From the NCBI RefSeq assembly GCF_009914755.1, contig NC_060926.1: a DNA stretch of 64,000 nucleotides, one strand, 5' to 3'. The stretch comes from the human T2T-CHM13v2.0 reference genome, Homo sapiens. Of this stretch, positions 13,738 to 28,822 are shown one piece after another. The notes below the pieces were generated by a model. It saw only the letters and a program-made list of their open reading frames with translations. It was not told the origin of the DNA and made no database searches. The translations under genes were made by a program, and so were the position numbers. The first letter of the stretch is position 1, and each line of letters starts with the position of its first letter.

Positions 13738-16700
13738 ATCAACTAACAGTGTTGAAGCTTTCTTTCGATACAGCAGTTTTGAAACACTCTTTTTGTAAAA
13801 TCTGCAAGAGGATATTTGGATAGCTTTGAGGATTTCGTTGGAAACGGGATTGTCTTCATATAAAATCTAGACAGAAGCATTCTCAGAAGCTTCATTGGGA
13901 TGTTTCAATTGAAGTCACAGTGTTGAACAGTCCCTTTCATAGAGCAGGTTTGAAACACTCTTTTTGTAGTATCTGGAATTGGACATTTGGAGCGCTCTCA
14001 GGACTACGGTGAAAAAGGAAATATCTTCCAATAAAAGCTAGATAGAAGCAATGTCAGAAACTTTTTCATGATCTATCTACTCAGCTAACAGAGTTGAACC
14101 TTTCTTTTGAGACAGCAGTTTTGAAACACTCTTTTTGTGGAATCTGCAAGTGGATATTTGTCTAGCTTTGAGGATTTCGTTGGAAACGGGATTACATATA
14201 AAAAGCAGACAGCAGCATTCCCAGAAACTTCTTTGTGATGTTTGCATTCAAGTCACAGAGTTGAACATTCCCTTTCATAGAGCAGGTTTGAAACACTCTT
14301 TTTGTAGTACCTGGATTTTGACATTTGGAGCGCTTTCAGGCCTATGGTGAAAAAGGAAATATCTTCCCCTGAAAACTAGACAGAAGTATTCTCAGAAACT
14401 TATTTGTGATGTGCGCCCTCAACTAACAGTGTTGAAGTTTTCTTTTGATAGATCAGTTTTGAAACATTCTTTTTGTAAAATCTGCAAGAGGATATTTGGA
14501 TAGCTTTGAGGATTTCGTTGGAAACGGGATTGTCTTCATATTAACCCTAGACAGTAGCATTCTCAGAAGCTGCATTGGGATGTTTCAATTGAAGTCATAG
14601 TGTTGAACAGTCCCTTTCATAGAGCAGGTTTGAAACACTCTTTTTGTAGCATCTGGAAGTGGACATTTGGAGCGTTCTCAGGACTATGGTGAAAAAGGAA
14701 TTATCTTCCAATAAAAGCTAGATAGAAGCAATATCAGATACTTTTTCATGATGTATCTACTCAGCTAACAGAGTTGAACATTTTTTTTGAGAGAGCAGTT
14801 TTGAAACACTCTTTTTGTGGAATCTGCAGGTGGATATTTTTCTAGCTTTCAGGATTTCGTTGGAAACGGGATTACATATAAAAAGCAGACAGCAGCATTC
14901 CCAGAAACTTCTTTGTGATGTTTGCATTCAAGTCACAGAGTTGAACATTCCCTTTCATAGAGCAGGTTTGAAACAGTCTTTTTGTAGTATATGGATGTGG
15001 ACATTTGGAGCGCTTTCAGGCCTATGGTGAAAAAGGAAATATCTTCCCCTGAAAACTAGACAGAAGCATTCTGAGAAACTTATTTGTGATGTGTGCCCTC
15101 AACTAACAGTGTTAAACCTTTCTTTTGATAGAGTAGTTTTGAAACACACTTTTTGTAAAATCTGTAAGAGGATATTTGGATAGCTTTGAGGATTTCGTTG
15201 GAAACGGGATTGTCTTCATATAAACTCTAGACAGTAGCATTCTCAGAAGCTTCATTGGGATGTTTCAACTGAAGTCACAGTGTTGAACAGTCCCTTTCAT
15301 AGAGCAGGTTTGAAACACTCTTTGTAGTATCTGGAAGTGGACATTTGGAGCGCTCTCAGGACTACGGTGAAAAAGGAAATATCTTCCAATAAAAGCTAGA
15401 TAGAAGCAGTGTCAGAAACTTTTTCATGATGTATCTACTCAGCCAACAGAGTTGAACCTTTCTTTTGAGAGAGCAGTTTTGAAACACTCTTTTTGTGGAA
15501 TCTGCAAGTGGATATTTGTCTAGCTTTGAGGATTTCGTTGGAAACGGGATTACATATAAAAAGCAGACAGCAGCATTCCCAGAAACTTCTTTGTGATGTT
15601 TGCATTCAAGTCACAGAGTTGAACATTCCCTTTCATAGAGCAGGTTTGAAACAGTCTTTTTGTAGTATCTGGATGTGGACATTTGGAGCGCTTTCAGGCC
15701 TATGGTGAAAAAGGAAATATCTTCCCCTGAAAACTAGACAGAAGTATTCTCAGAAACTTATTTGTGATGTGCGCCCTCAACTAACAGTGTTGAAGTTTTC
15801 TTTTGATATAGCAGTTTTGAAACATTCTTTTTGTAAAATCTGCAAGAGGATACTTGGATAGCTTTGAGGATTTCGTTGGAAACGGGATTGTCTTCATATT
15901 AACCCTAGACAGTAGCATTCTCAGAAGCTTCATTGGGATGTTTCAATTGAAGTCACAGTGTTGAACAGTCCCTTTCATAGAGCAGGTTTGAAACACTCTT
16001 TTTATAGTATCTGGAAGTGGACATTTGGAGCGTTCTCAGGACTACGGTGAAAAAGGAAATATCTTCCAATAAAAGCTAGATAGAAGCAATATCAGAAACT
16101 TTTTCCTGATGTATCTACTCAGCTAAAAGAGTTGAACCATTCCTTTGAGAGAGCAGTTTTGAAACACTATTTTTGTGGAATCTGCAAGTGGATATTTGTC
16201 TAGCTTTGAGGATTTCGTTGGAAACGGGATTACATATAAAAAGCAGACAGCAGCATTCCCAGAAACTTCTTGGTGAAATTTGCATTCAAGTCACAGACTT
16301 GAACATTCCCTTTCATAGAGCAGGTTTGAAACACTCTTTTTGTAGTATCTGGATGTGGACATTTGGAGCGATTTCAGGCCTATGGTGAAAAAGGAAATAT
16401 CTTCCCCTGCAAACTAGACAGAAGCATTCTCAGAAACTTATTTGTGATGTGCGCTCTCAACTAACAGTGTTGAACCTTTCTTTTGATAGAGCAGTTTTGA
16501 AACACTCTTTTTGTAAAATCTGCAAGAGGATATTTGGATAGCTTTGAGGATTTCGTTGGAAAGGGGATTGTCTTCATATAGAATCTAGAAAGAAGCATTC
16601 TCAGAAGCTTCATTGGGATGTTTCAATTGAAGTCACAGTGTTGAACAGTCCCTTTCATAGAGCAGGTTTGAAACACTCTTTTTGTAGTATCTGGAAGTGG

Positions 16701-19700
16701 ACATTTGGAGCGTTCTCAGGACTACAGTGAAAAAGGAAATATCTTCCAATAAAAGCTAGATAGAAGCAATGTCAGAAAATTTTTCATGATGTATCTACTC
16801 AGCTAAAAGAGTTGAACCTTTCTTTTGAGAGAGCAGTTTTGAAACACTCTTTTTGTGGAATCTGCAAGTGGATATTTGTCTAGCTTTGAGGATTGCGTTG
16901 GAAACGGGATTACATATAAAAAGCAGACAGCAGCATTCCCAGAAACTTCTTTGTGATGTTTGCATTCAAGTCACAGAGTTGAACATTCCCTTTCATAGAG
17001 CAGGTTTGAAACACTCTTTTTGTAGTAGCTGGATTTGGACATTTGGAGCGCTTTCAGGCATATGGTGAAAAAGGAAATATATTCCACTGAAAACTAGACA
17101 GAAGTAGTCTCAGAAACGTATTTGTGATGTGCGCCCTCAACTAACAGTGTTGAAGCTTTCTTTTGATAGAGCAGTTTTGAAACATTCTTTTGGTAAAATC
17201 TGCAAGAGGATATTTGGATAGCTTTGAGGATTTCGTTGGAAACGGGATTGTCTTCATATTAACCCTAGACAGTAGCATTCTCAGAAGCTTCATTGGGATG
17301 TTTCAATTGAAGTCAAAGTGTTGAACAGTCCCTTTCATAGAGCAGGTTTGAAACACTCTTTTTGTAGCATCTGGAAGTGGACATTTGGAGCATTCTCAGG
17401 ACTACGGTGAAAAAGGAAATATCTTCCAATAAAGGCTAGATAGAAGAAATGTCAGAAACTTTTTCATGATGTATCTACTCAGCTAAAAGAGTTGAACTTT
17501 TCTTTTGAGAGAGCAGTTTTGAAACACTATTTTTGTGGAATCTGCAAGGGGATATTTGTCTAGCTTTGAGGATTTCGTTGGAAACGGGATTACATATAAA
17601 AAGCAGACAGCAGCATTCCCAGAAACTTCTTTGTGATGTTTGCATTCAAGTCACAGAGTTGAACATTCCCTTTCATAGAGCAGGGTTTGAAACACTCTTT
17701 TTGTAGTATCTGGATATGGACATTTGGAGCGCTTTCAGGCCTATGGTGAAAAAGGAAATATCTTCCCCTGAAAACTAGACAGAAGCATTCTCAGAAACTT
17801 ATTTGTGATGTGCGCCCTCAACTAACAGTGTTGAACTTTTCTTTTGATAGAGCAGTTTTGAAACACTCTTTTTGTAAAATCTGCAAGAGGATATTTGGAT
17901 AGCTTTGAAGATTTCGTTGGAAACGGGATTGTCTTCATATAAACTCTAGACAGAAGCATTCTCAGAAGCTTCATTGGGATGATTCAATTGAAGTCACAGT
18001 GTTGAACAGTCCCTTTCATAGAGCATGTTTGAAACACTCTTTTTGTAGTATCTGGAAGTTGACATTTGGAGCGTTTTCAGGACTACGGTGAAAAAGGAAA
18101 TATCTTCCAAATAAAGCTAGATAGAAGCAATGTCAGAAAATTTTTCATGAGGTATCTACTCAGCTAACAGAATTGAACCTTTCTTTTGAGAGAGCAGTTT
18201 TGAAACACTCTTTTTGTGGAATCTGCAGGTGGATATTTGTCTAGCTTTGAGGATTTCGTTGGAAACGGGATTACATATAAAAAGCAGACAGCAGCATTCC
18301 CAGAAACTTCTTTGTCATGTTTGCATTCAAGTCACAGAGTTGAACATTCCCTTTCATAGAGCAGGTTTGAAACACTCTTTTTGTAGTATCTGGATGTGGA
18401 CATTTGGAGCGCTCTCAGGCCTATGGTGAAAAAGGAAATATCTTCCCCTGAAAACTAGACAGAAGCATTCTCAGAAACTTATTTGTGATGTGCGCCCTCA
18501 ACTAACAGTGTTGAACCTTTCTTTTGATAGAGTAGCTTTGAAACACTCTTTTTGTAAAATCTGCAAGAGGATATTTGGATAGCTTTGAGGATTTCGTTGG
18601 AAACGGGATTGTCTTCATACAAACTCTAGACAGTAGCATTCTGATAAGCTTCATTGGGATGTTTCAATTGAAGTCACAGTGTTGAACAGTCCCTTTCATA
18701 GAGCAGGTTTGAAACACTCTTTTTGTAGCATCTGGAAGTGGACATTTGGAGCGTTCTCAGGACTACGGTGAAAAAGGAAATATCTTCCAATAAAAGCTAG
18801 ATAGAAGCAATGTGAGAAACTTTTTCATGATGTGTCTACTCAGCTAAAAGAGTTGAACCTTTCTTTTGAGAGAGCAGTTTTGAAAAACTCTTTTTGTGGA
18901 ATCTGCAAGTGGATATTTGTCTAGCTTTGAGGATTTCGTTGGAAACGGGATTACATATAAAAAGCAGACAGCAGCATTCCCAGAAACTTCTGTGTGATGT
19001 TTGCATTCAAGTCACAGACTTGAACATTCCCTTTCATAGAGCAGGTTTGAAACACTCTTTTTGTAGTATCTGGATGTGGACATTTGGAGCGCTTGCAGGC
19101 CTATGGTGAAAAAGGAAATATCTTCCCCTGAAAACTAGACAGAAGCATTCTCAGAAACTTATTTGTGATGTGCGCCCTCAACTAACAGTGTTGAACTTTT
19201 CTTTTGATAGAGCACTTTTGAAACACTCTTTTTGTAAAATCTGCAAGAGGATATTTGGATAGCTTTGAGGATTTCGTTGGAAACGGGATTGTCTTCATAT
19301 AAAATCTAGACAGAAGCATTCTGATAAGCTTCATTGGGATGTTTCAATTGAAGTCACAGTGTTGAACAGTCCCTTTCATAGAGCATGTTTGAAACACTCT
19401 TTTTGTAGTATCTGGAAGTGGACATTTGGAGCGTTCTCAGGACTACGGTGAAAAAGGAAATATCTTCCAAATAAAGCTAGATAGAAGCAATGTCAGAGAA
19501 TTTTTCATGATGTATCTACTCAGCTAACAGAGTTCAACCTTTCTTTTGAGAGAGCCGTTTTGAAACACTCTTTTTGTGGAATCTGCAAGTGGATATTTGT
19601 CTAGATTTGAGGATTTCGTTGGAAACGGGATTACATATAAAAAGCAGACAGCAGCATTCCCAGAAACTTCTTTGTGATGTTTGCATTCAAGTCACAGAGT

Positions 19701-22700
19701 TAAACATTCCCTTTCATACAGCAGGTTTGAAACACTCTTTTTGTAGTATCTGGATGTGGACATTTGGAGCGCTTTCAGGCCTATGGTGAAAAAGGAAATA
19801 TCTTCCCCTGAAAACTAGACAGAAGCATTCTCAGAATCTTACTTGTGATGTGCGCCCTCAACTAACAGTGTTGAAGCTTTCTTTTGATAGAGCAGTTTTG
19901 AAACACTCTTTTTGTAAAATCTGCAAGAGGATATTTGGATAGCTTTGAGGATTTCGTTGGAAACGGGATTGTCTTCATATAAAATCTAGACAGAAGCATT
20001 CTCAGAAGCTTCATTGGGATGTTTCAATTGAAGTCACAGTGTTGAACAGTCCCTTTCATAGAGAAGGTTTGAAACACTCTTTTTGTAGTATCTGGAAGTG
20101 GACATTTGGAGCGCTCTCAGGACTACGGTGAAAAAGGAAATATCTTCCAATAAAAGCTAGATAGAAGAAATGTCAGAAACTTTTTCATGATGTATCTACT
20201 CAGCTAACAGAGTTGAACCTTTCTTTTGAGAGAGCAGTTTTGAAACTCTCTTTTTGTGGAATCTGAAAGTGGATATTTGTCTAGCTTTGAGGATTTCGTT
20301 GGAAACGGGATTACAAATAAAAAGCAGACAGCAGCATTCCCAGAAACTTCGTTGTGATGTTTGCATTCAAGTCACAGAGTTGAAAATTCCCTTTCATAGA
20401 GCAGGTTTGAAACACTCTTTTTGTAGTATCTGGATGTGGACATTTGGAGCGCTTTCAAGCCTATGGTGAAAAAGGAAATATCTTCCCCTGAAAACTAGAC
20501 AGAAGCATTCTCAGAAACTTATTTGTGATGTGCGCCCTCAACTAACAGTGTTGAACTTTTCTTTTGATAGAGTAGTTTTGAAACACTCTTTTTGTAAAAT
20601 CTGCAAGAGGATATTTGGATAGATTTGAGGATTTCGTTGGAAACGGGATTGTCTTCATATAAAATCTAGACAGAAGCATTCTCAGAAGCTTCATTGGGAT
20701 GTTTCAATTGAAGTCACAGTGTTGAACAGTCCCTTTCATAGAGCATGTTTGAAACACTCTTTTTGTAGTATCTGGAAGTTGACATTTGGAGCGTTTTCAG
20801 GACTACAGTGAAAAAGGAAATATCTTCTAAATAAAGATAGATAGAAGCAATGTCAGAAAATTTTTCATGATGTATCTACTCAGCTAACAGAATTGAAACT
20901 TTCTTTTGAGAGAGCAGTTTTGAAACACTCTTTTTGTGGATTCTGCAAGTGGATATTTGTCTAGCTTTGAGGATTTCGTTGGAAACGGGATTACATATAA
21001 AAAGCAGACAGCAGCATTCCCAGAAACTTCTTTGTGATGTTTGCATTCAAGTCACAGAGTTGAACATTCCCTTTCGTAGAGCAGGTTTGAAACACTCTTT
21101 TTGTAGTATCTGGATGTGGACATTTGGTGCGCTTTCAGGCCTATGGTGAAAAAGGAAATATCTTCCCCTGAAAACTTGACAGAAGCATTCTCAGAAACTT
21201 GTGATGTGCACCCTCAACTAACAGTGTTGAAGCTTTCTTTTGATAGAGCAGTTTGAAACACTCTTTTTGTAAAATCTGCAAGAGGATATTTGGATAGCTT
21301 TGAGGATTTCGGTGGAAATGGTATTGTCTTCATATAAACTCTAGACAGTAGCATTCTCAGAAGCTTCATTGGGATGTTTCAATTGAAGTCACAGTGTTGA
21401 ACAGTCCCTTTCATAGAGCAGGTTTGAAACACTCTTTTTGTAGTATCTGGAAGTGGACATTTGGAGCGCTCTCAGGACTACGGTGAAAAAGGAAATATCT
21501 TCCAATAAAAGCTAGATAGAAGCAATGTCAGAAACTTTTTCATAATGTATCTACTCAGCTAACAGAGTTGAACCTTTTTTTTGAGAGAGCAGTTTTGAAA
21601 CAATCTTTTTGTTGGATCTGCAGGTGGATATTTGTCTAGGTTTGAGGATTTCGTTGGAAACGGGATTACATATAAAAAGCAGACAGCAGCATTCCCAGAA
21701 ACTTCTTTGTGATGTTTGCATTCAAGTCACAGAGTTGAACATTCCCTTTCATAGAGCAGGTTTGAAACACTCTTTTTGTAGTATCTGGATGTGGACATTT
21801 GGAGCGCTCTGAGGCCTATGGTGAAAAAGGAAATATCTTCCCCTGAAAACTAGACAGAAGCATTCTCAGAAACTTATTTGTGATGTGCGCCCTCAACTAA
21901 CAGTGTTGAACCTTTCTTTTGATAGAGTAGTTTTCAAACACTCTTTTTGTAAATCTGCAAGAGGATATTTGGATAGCTTTGAGGATTTCGTTGGAAACGG
22001 GATTGTCTTCATATAAACTCTAGACTGTAGCATTCTGATAAGCTTCATTGGGATGTTTCAATTGAAGTCACAGTGTTGAACAGTCCCTTTCATAGAGCAG
22101 GTTTGAAACACTCTTTTTGTAGCATCTGGAAGTGGACATTTGGAGCGCTCTCAGGACTACGGTGAAAAAGGAAATATCTTCCAATAAAAGCTAGATAGAA
22201 GCAATGTGAGAAACTTTTTCATGATGTATCTACTCAGCTAACAGAGTTGAAACTTTCTTTTGAGAGAGCAGTTTTGAAACACTCTTTTTGTGGAATCTGC
22301 AAGTGGATATTTGTCTAGCTTTGAGGATTTCGTTGGAAACGGGATTACCTATAAAAAGCAGACAGCAGCATTCCCAGAAACTTCTTTGTGATGTTTGCAT
22401 TCAAGTCACAGAGTTGAACATTCCCTTTCATAGAGCAGGTTTGAAACACTCTTTTTGTAGTATCTGGATGTGGACATTTGGAGCGCTTTCAGGCCTATGG
22501 TGAAAAAGGAAATATCTTCCCCTGAAAACTAGACAGAAGCATTCTCAGAAACTTATTTATGATGTGCGCCCTCAACTAACAGTGTTGAAGCTTTCTTTTG
22601 ATAGAGCAGTTTTGAAACATTCTTTTTGTAAAATCTGCAAGAGTATATTTGGATAGCTTTGAGGATTTTGTTGGAAACGGGATTGTATTCATATTAACCA

Positions 22701-23048
22701 TAGACAGTAGCATTCTCAGAAGCTTCATTGGGATGTTTCAATTGAAGTCACAGTGTTGAACAGTCCCTTTCATAGAGCAGGTTTGCAACACTCTTTTTGT
22801 AGCATCTGGAAGTGGACATTTGGAGCGTTCTCAGGACTACGGTGAAAAAGGAAATATCTTCCAATAAAAGCTAGATAGAAGCAATATCAGAAACTTTTTC
22901 ATGATGTATCTACTCAGCTAAAAGAGTTGAACCATTCTTTTGAGAGAGCAGTTTTGAAACACTATTTTTGTGGAATCTGCAAGTGGATATTTGTCTAGCT
23001 TTGAGGATTTCGTTGGAAACGGGATTACATATAAAAAGCAGACAGTAG

Positions 23049-24070
23049 CATTCCCAGAAAGTTCTTTGTGAAATTAGCATTCAAGTCACAGACTAGAACA
23101 TTCCCTTTCATAGAGCAGGTTTGAAACACTCTCTTTGTAGTATCTGGATGTGGACATTTGGAGCGCTTTCAGGCCTATGGTGAAAAAGGAAATATCTTCC
23201 CCTGAAAACTAGACAGAAGCATTCTCAGAAACTTATTTGTGATGTGCGCCCTCAACTAACAGTGTTGAACCTTTCTTTTGATAGAGCAGTTTTGAAACAC
23301 TCTTTTTGTAAAATCTGCAAGAGGATATTTGGATAGCTTTGAGGATTTCGTTGGAAAGGGGATTGTCTTCATATAGAATCTAGAAAGAAGCATTCTCAGA
23401 AGCTTCATTGGGATGTATCAATTGAAGTCACAGTGTTGAACAGTCCCTTTCATAGAGCAGGTTTGAAACACTCTTTTTGTAGTATCTGGAATTGGACATT
23501 TGGAGCGCTCTCAGGACTACGGTGAAAAAGGAAATATATTCCACTGAAAACTAGACAGAAGTAGTCTCAGAAACTTATTTGTGATGTGCGCCCTCAAGTA
23601 ACAGTGTTGAAGCTTTCTTTTGATAGAGCAGTTTTGAAACACTCTTTTTGTAAAATCTGCAAGAGGATATTTGGATAGCTTTGAGGATTTCGTTTGAAAC
23701 GGGATTGTCTTCATATAAAATCTAGACAGAAGCATTCTCAGAAGCTTCATTGGGATGATTCAATTGAAGTCACAGTGTTGAACAGTCCCTTTCATAGAGC
23801 ATGTTTGAAACAATCTTTTTGTAGTATCTGGAAGTTGACATTTGGAGCGTTTTCAGGACTATGGTGAAAAAGGAAATATCTTCCAAATAAAGCTAGATAG
23901 AAGCAATGTCAGAAAATTTTTCATGAGGTATCTACTCAGCTAACAGAATTGAACCTTTCTTTTGAGAGAGCAGTTTTGAAACACTCTTTTTGTGGAATCT
24001 GCAAGTGGATATTTGTCTAGCTTTGAGGATTTCGTTGGAAACGGGATTACATATAAAAAGCAGACAGCAG
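23049..24070 (+). repeat. 6-mer HOR variant (1022 bp): M1 M2 M3/M1 M2 M3 M4
   Basis: Spacing is 1022 bp. M3 switches to an M1 tail at 23521-23537, in or next to the pJalpha box. Confidence 0.9.
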
Positions 24071-27000
24071 CATTCCCAGAAACTTCTTTGTGATGTTTGC
24101 TTTCAAGTCACAGAGTTGAACATTCCATTTCGTAGAGCAGGTTTGAAACACTCTTTTTGTAGTATCTGGATGTGGACATTTGGAGCGCTTTCAGGCCTAT
24201 GGTGAAAAAGGAAATATCTTCCCCTGAAAACTAGACAGAAGCATTCTCAGAAACTTATTTGCGATGTGCACCCTCAACTAACAGTGTTGAAGCTTTCTTT
24301 TGATAGAGCAGTTTGAAACACTCTTTTTGTAAAATCTGCAAGAGGATATTTGGATAGCTTTGAGGATTTCGGTGGAAATGGGATTGTCTTCATATAAACT
24401 CTAGACAGTAGCATTCTCAGAAGCTTCATTGGGATGTTTCACTTGAAGTCACAGTGTTGAACAGTCCCTTTCATAGAGCAGGTTTGAAACACTCTTTTTG
24501 TAGTATCTGGAAGTGGACATTTGGAGCGCTCTCAGGACTACGGTGAAAAAGGAAATATCTACCAATAAAAGCTAGATAGAAGCAATGTCAGAAACTTCTT
24601 CATGATGTATCTACTCAGCTAACAGAGTTGAACCTTTTTTTTGAGAGAGCAGTATTGAAACACTCTTTTTGTTGGATCTGCAGGTGGATATTTGTCTAGG
24701 TTTGAGGATTTCGTTGGAAACGGGATTACATATAAAAAGCAGACAGCAGCATTCCCAGAAACTTCTTTGTGATGTTTGCATTCAAGTCACAGAGTTGAAC
24801 ATTCCCTTTCATAGAGCAGGTTTGAAACACTCTTTTTGTAGTATCTGGATGTGGACATTTGGAGCGCTTTCAGGCCTATGGTGAAAAAGGAAATGTCTTC
24901 CCCTGAAAACTAGAGAGAAGCATTCTCAGAAACTTATTTGTGATGTGCGACCTCAACTAACAGTGTTGAACCTTTCTTTTGATAGAGCAGTTTTGAAACA
25001 CTCTTTTTGTAAAATCTGCAAGAGGATATTGGGATAGCTTTGAGGATTTCGTTGGGATTGTCTTCATATAAAATCTGGACAGAAGCATTCTCAGAAGCTT
25101 CATTGGGATGTTTCAATTGAAGTCACAGTGTTGAACAGTCCCTTTCATAGAGCAGGTTTGAACAACTCTTTTTGTAGTATCTGGAAGTGGACATTTGGAG
25201 CGTTCTCAGGACTACAGTGAAAAAGGAAATAGCTTCCAATAAAAGCTAGATAGAAGCAATGTCAGAAAATTTGTCATGATGTATCTACTCACCTAACAGA
25301 TTTGAACCTTTCTTTTGAGAGAGCAGTTTTGAAACACTCTTTTTGTGGAATCTGCAAGTGGATATTTGTCTAGCTTTGAGAATTTCGATGGAAACGGGAT
25401 TACATATAAAAAGCAGACAGCAGCATTCCCAGAAACTTCTTTCTGATGTTTGCATTGAAGTCACAGAGTTGAACATTCCCTTTCATAGAGCAGGTTTGAA
25501 ACACTCTTTTTGTAGTATCTGGATTTGGACATTTGGAGCGCTTTCAGGCCTATGGTAAAAAAGGAAATATCTTCCCCTAAAAACTAGACAGAAGTATTCT
25601 CAGAAACTTATTTGTGATGTGCGCCCTCAACTAACAGTGTTGAAGCTTTGTTTTGATAGAGCAGTTTTGAAACACTCTTTTTGTAAAATCTGCAAGAGGA
25701 TATTTGGATAGCTTTGAGGATTTCGTTGGAAACGGGATTGTCTTCATATAAATCCTAGACAGTAGCATTCTCAGAAGCTTCATTGGGATGTTTCAATTGA
25801 AGTCACAGTGTTGAACAGTCCCTTTCATAGAGCAGGTTTGAAACACTCTTTTTGTAGCATCTGGAAGTGGACATTTGGAGCGCTCTCAGGACTACGGTGA
25901 AAAAGGAAATCTCTTCCAATAAAAGCTAGATAGAAGCAATGTCAGAAAATTTTTCATGACGTATCTACTCAGCTAAAACAGTTAAACCTTTCTTTTGAGA
26001 GAGCAGTTTTGAAACACTCTTTTTGTGGAATCTGCAGGTGGATATTTGTCTAGCTTTGAGGATTTCGTTGGAAACGGGATTACATATAATAAGCAGACAG
26101 CAGCATTCCCAGAAACTTCTTTGTGATGTTTGCATTCAAGTCACAGACTTGAACATTCCCTTTCATAGAGCAGGTTTGAAACACTCTTTTTGTAGTATCT
26201 GGATGTGGACATTTGGAGCGTTTTCAGGCCTATGGTGAAAAAGGTAATATCTTCCACTGAAAACTAGACAGAAGTATTCTCAGAAACTTATTTGTGATGT
26301 GCGCCCTCAACTAACAGTGTTGAAGCTTTCTTTTGATAGAGCAGTTTTGAAACATTCTTTTTGTAAAATCTGCAAGAGGATATTTGGATAGGTTTGAGGA
26401 TTTCGTTGGAAACGGGATTGTCTTCATATTAACCCTAGACAGTAGCATTCTCAGAAGATTCATTGGGATGTTTCAATTGAAGTCACAGTGTTGAACAGTC
26501 CCTTTCATAGAGCAGGTTTGAAACACTCTTTTTTTAGCATCTGGAAGTGGACATTTGGAGCGTTCTCAGGACTACGGTGAAAAAGGAAATATCTTCCAAT
26601 AAAAGCTAGATAGGAGCAATGTCAGAAACTTCTTCATGATGTATCTACTCAGCTAAAAGAGTTGAACCTTTCTTTTGAGAGAGCAGTTTTGAAACACTCT
26701 TTTTGTGGAATCTGCAAGTGGATATTTGTCTAGCTTTGAGGATTTCGTTGGAAACGGGATTACATATAAAAAGCAGACAGCAGCATTCCCAGAAAGTTCT
26801 TTGTGAAATTTGCGTTCAAGTCACAGACTTGAACATTCCCTTTCATAGAGCAGGTTTGAAACACTCTTTTTGTAGTATCTGGATGTGGACATTTGAAGCG
26901 CTTTCAGGCCTATGGTGAAAAAGGAAATATCTTCCCCTGAAAACTAGACAGAAGCAATCTCAGAAACTTATTTGTGATGTGCGCCCTCAACTAACAGTGT

Positions 27001-28822
27001 TGAAGCTTTCTTTTGATAGAGCAGTTTTGAAACACTCTTTTTGTAAAATCTGCAAGAGGATATTTGGATAGCTTTGATGATTTCGTTGGAAACGGGATTG
27101 TCTTCATATAGAATCTAGACAGAAGCATTCTCTGAAGCTTCATTGGGATGTTTCAATTGAAGTCACAGTGTTGAACAGTCCCTTTCATAGAGCATGTTTG
27201 AAACACTCTTTTTGTAGTATCTGGAAGTGGACATTTGGAGGGTTCTCAGGACTACGGTGAAAAAGGAAGTATCTTCCAATAAAAGCTAGATAGAAGCAAT
27301 GTAAGAAAATTTTTCATGATGTATCTACTCAGCTAACAGAGTTGAACCTTTCTTTTGATAGAGCAGTTTTGAAACACTCTTTTTGTGGAATCTGCAAGTG
27401 GATATTTGTCTAGCTTTGAGGATTTCGTTGGAAACGGGATTACGTATAAAAAGCAGACAGCAGCATTCCCAGAAACTTCTTTGTGATATTTGCATTCAAG
27501 TCACAGAGTTGAACATTCCCTTTCATAGAGCAGGTTTGAAACACTCTTTTTGTAGTATCTGGATGTGGACATTTGGAGCGCTTTCAGGCCTATGGTGAAA
27601 AAGGAAATATCTTCCCCTGAACACTAGACAGAAGCATTCTCAGAAACTTATTTGTGATGCGCACCCTCAACTAACAGTGTTGAAGCTTTCTTTTGATAGA
27701 GCAGTTTGGAACACTCTTTTTGTAAAATCTGCAAGAGGATATTTGGATAGCTTTGAGGATTTTGGTGGAAATGGGATTGTCTTCATATAAACTCTAGACA
27801 GTAGCATTCTCAGAAGCTTCATTGGGATGTTTCAATTGAAGTCACAGTGTTGAACAGTCCCTTTCATAGAGCATGTTTGAAACACTCTTTTTGTAGTATC
27901 TGGAAGTTGACATTTGGAGCGTTTTCAGGACTACGGTGAAAAAGGAAATATCTTCCAAAGAAAGCTAGATAGAAGCAATGTCAGAAAATTTTTCATGATG
28001 TATCTACTCAGCTAACAGAGTTGAAGCTTTCTTTTGAGAGAGCTGTTTTGAAACACTCTTTTTGTGGAATCTGCAAGTGGATATTTGTCTAGCTTTGAGG
28101 ATTTCGTTGGAAACGGGATTACATATAAAAAGCAGACAGCAGCATTCCCAGAAACTTCTTTGTGATGTTTGCATTCAGGTCACAGAGTTGAACATTCCCT
28201 TTCATAGAGCAGGTTTGAAACACTCTTTTTGTAGTATCTGGATGTGGACATTTGGAGCGCTTTCAGGCCTATGGTGAAAAAGGAAATATCTTCCCCTGAA
28301 AACTAGACAGAAGCATTCTCAGAAACTTATTTGTGATGTGCGCCCTCAACTAACAGTGTTGAACCTTTCTTTTGATAGAGCCGTTTTGAAACACTCTTTT
28401 TGTAAAATCTGCAAGAGGATATTTGGATAGCTTTGAGGATTTCGGTGGAAATGGGATTGTCTTCATATAAACTCTAGACAGTAGCATTCTCAGAAGCTTC
28501 ATTGGGATGTTTCAATTGAAGTCACAGTGTTGAACAGTCCCTTTCATAGAGCAGGTTTGAAACACTCTTTTTGTAGTATCTGGAAGTGGACAATTGGAGC
28601 GCTCTCAGGACTACGGTGAAAAAGGAAATATCTTCCAATAAAAGCTAGATAGAAGCAATGTCAGAAACTTTTTCATGATGTATCTACTCAGCTAACAGAG
28701 TTGAAACTTTTTTTTGACAGAGCAGTTTTGAAACACTCTTTTTGTGGAATCTGCAGGTGGATATTTGTCTAGCTTTGAGGATTTCGTTGGAAACGGGATT
28801 ACATATAATAAGCAGACAGCAG

